From a virus: 64,000 nt of DNA. The translations under genes were made by a program, and so were the position numbers. The notes under the pieces were generated by a model that was not told the origin of the DNA, searched no databases, and saw only the letters and a program-made list of their open reading frames with translations. Of the stretch, positions 62,783 to 64,000 are shown in pieces; position 1 is the stretch's first letter, and each line of letters opens with the position of its first letter. The stretch lies in the IMG/VR virus record IMGVR_UViG_3300046791_000499, positions 32,001 to 96,000 of that record. One strand, written 5' to 3'.

Positions 62783-64000
62783 TCAGGCCGCTCCGTGGGG
62801 CTGGGTTGGGGGCGCGCCGACGGGCAACGCCGTGTACTGGTTGCGAACTTGCTGGGCCTTGGCCAGCGGGTCGTCGTCCTGCCGGGTGGCATCGGTCACG
62901 GCATTCGCGGCGCGCAGGCGCTCGACGGATGCAAGGGCTTCGGTGCCCTTGTGGTCACGCCGGTCGAGCATCTCGCGTGCATCGGCCAGTCGCTCTCGCA
63001 CGGCGTAGGAACGGGCCTCGGGGGTCGGAGCCGCATCGATCCGCTTGATGATCGCCTCGGCCTTGTCGCCGTAGGCTTCTCGGATCGCCGCCATCTCCCA
63101 ATCCACGATCGAGAGCGGGAGAGGTTCGCCGGAGGCTGCATCCTTGCGGGGCTCGGGCGTGTACTCGTTGCCTCGGCAGCGAGCCACGAGAGCCATCGAC
63201 TCGGCGATGTGGAGAGCTTGGGCGTTGACCATCCCGAGCGCGTCGGCATGCGAGACCATCTTGGACATCGCGTCGGAGCGCTCGGTCAGCGTGGTCTTGG
63301 CGGCGGCCAATGCCTGCTCGGTCTTGGCGAGGTCGTGCTCGGCCTTATCGGCGCGCTTGCCTGCGCGGTCGGTCCGACCCTCGAGCATGGCTACGTACTC
63401 GGCGACGGCGAGCGGGACCTGGTACTCGGCCTCGCCGACCACCAACGTGGCGAGGTCGCCAGCAACAACGGGGACCTGGACCTCCTCGTTCGCAGCGACA
63501 ACGGCTGGTGCGCCTGCATCCGTCGTCGGCATTGCCGGAGGCACAGGGGGAGCAGCCGCGGCCGGAGCCTTGGGCGCGTCGGGGAACGCCATGCCGAGCG
63601 CGTTGATCTGGTCGGGCGTGAGATCCTCCTCCGACTCCATGAACTTCGCCATGTCTTCGGGCTTGATGCCGATCGCGGTGGCGATGACGTCTTCGGTCAG
63701 GCCGAGCGCCATCGCGGCGGGGATGAGTTTCTTCTTGAGCATGACGACAGAGTCCTGTTGTTGGGTGGGAGGGGCAGGCCGCTTGGCGCTGGCAGAGTCG
63801 AACCGGGTCCAAGAAGGAGGGTCGAAGAACACCGGTTGCACTGGCGGTCTCGCCGAGAGCGCGAGAGCAATGAGTTCGTCGGCGCTGTGCACCCGGATGC
63901 CGGCCGCGTCGGCGCGACCGGTCAGCACCTTGGCCGTGATGGCTGCGCCGTGCGGTTCGCTGGCGAGGCTGTTCCAGGTGATGTTGTCGATCCATTGATC
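62783..64000 (-). CDS. DUF2213-like head maturation protease/scaffold (5'-truncated by the window)
   Basis: Frame open to the window edge: QWIDNITWNSLA...GRAD..IR, then a coiled-coil scaffold-like C-terminus. Confidence 0.65.
   Translation of the reverse strand, partial: DQWIDNITWNSLASEPHGAAITAKVLTGRADAAGIRVHSADELIALALSARPPVQPVFFDPPSWTRFDSASAKRPAPPTQQQDSVVMLKKKLIPAAMALGLTEDVIATAIGIKPEDMAKFMESEEDLTPDQINALGMAFPDAPKAPAAAAPPVPPAMPTTDAGAPAVVAANEEVQVPVVAGDLATLVVGEAEYQVPLAVAEYVAMLEGRTDRAGKRADKAEHDLAKTEQALAAAKTTLTERSDAMSKMVSHADALGMVNAQALHIAESMALVARCRGNEYTPEPRKDAASGEPLPLSIVDWEMAAIREAYGDKAEAIIKRIDAAPTPEARSYAVRERLADAREMLDRRDHKGTEALASVERLRAANAVTDATRQDDDPLAKAQQVRNQYTALPVGAPPTQPHGAA

Noticed and set aside
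1-64000. CRISPR array, retron, integrase/att site
   Set aside because: No regularly spaced repeats, RT motifs or recombinase were recognised, and no duplicate of the tRNA 3' end was seen.

Overview
This window is a 64-kb slice of a large, GC-rich tailed phage or prophage with a contractile (myovirus-type) tail. It has no integrase, replisome, portal or endolysin, so the genome continues beyond the window. Host-like cargo (a GDGDGD/Cys-rich lipoprotein and a myxobacterial-type FHA domain) points to a myxobacterial, probably Nannocystaceae-like, host; this is inference. The right third (43.1-64 kb, minus strand) is a near-complete morphogenesis operon: DUF2213-type head maturation protein, decoration protein, DUF2184-type capsid, neck, DUF3383 sheath, tube, two paralogous tail chaperones, tape measure, baseplate and fibre. 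The left two thirds are a mosaic accessory region. It carries a displaced large terminase and a dense DNA-modification/nucleotide set: a C5 MTase, five amino-MTases of different families, a Mom-like enzyme, ThyX, dCMP deaminase, DUF5131, DUF1643, two ASCH-like proteins, a SLOG-DUF4326 fusion and a sulfotransferase. It also has a stand-alone DnaA domain IV, XRE regulators, a 5'-3' exonuclease, an atypical initiator tRNA-Met and a transposase relic. The most notable patterns are: (1) three accessory genes carrying copies of pieces of this phage's own tail proteins (tape-measure C-terminal tip, baseplate-J domain, an 84-bp baseplate segment), which are candidate tail-assembly decoys; (2) a SocA/Panacea-like gene coupled to a deletion-damaged proteasome-beta-like protease; (3) a tail chaperone G/GT pair apparently made by gene duplication rather than frameshifting. 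All family calls come from motif recognition by eye; no searches were run.
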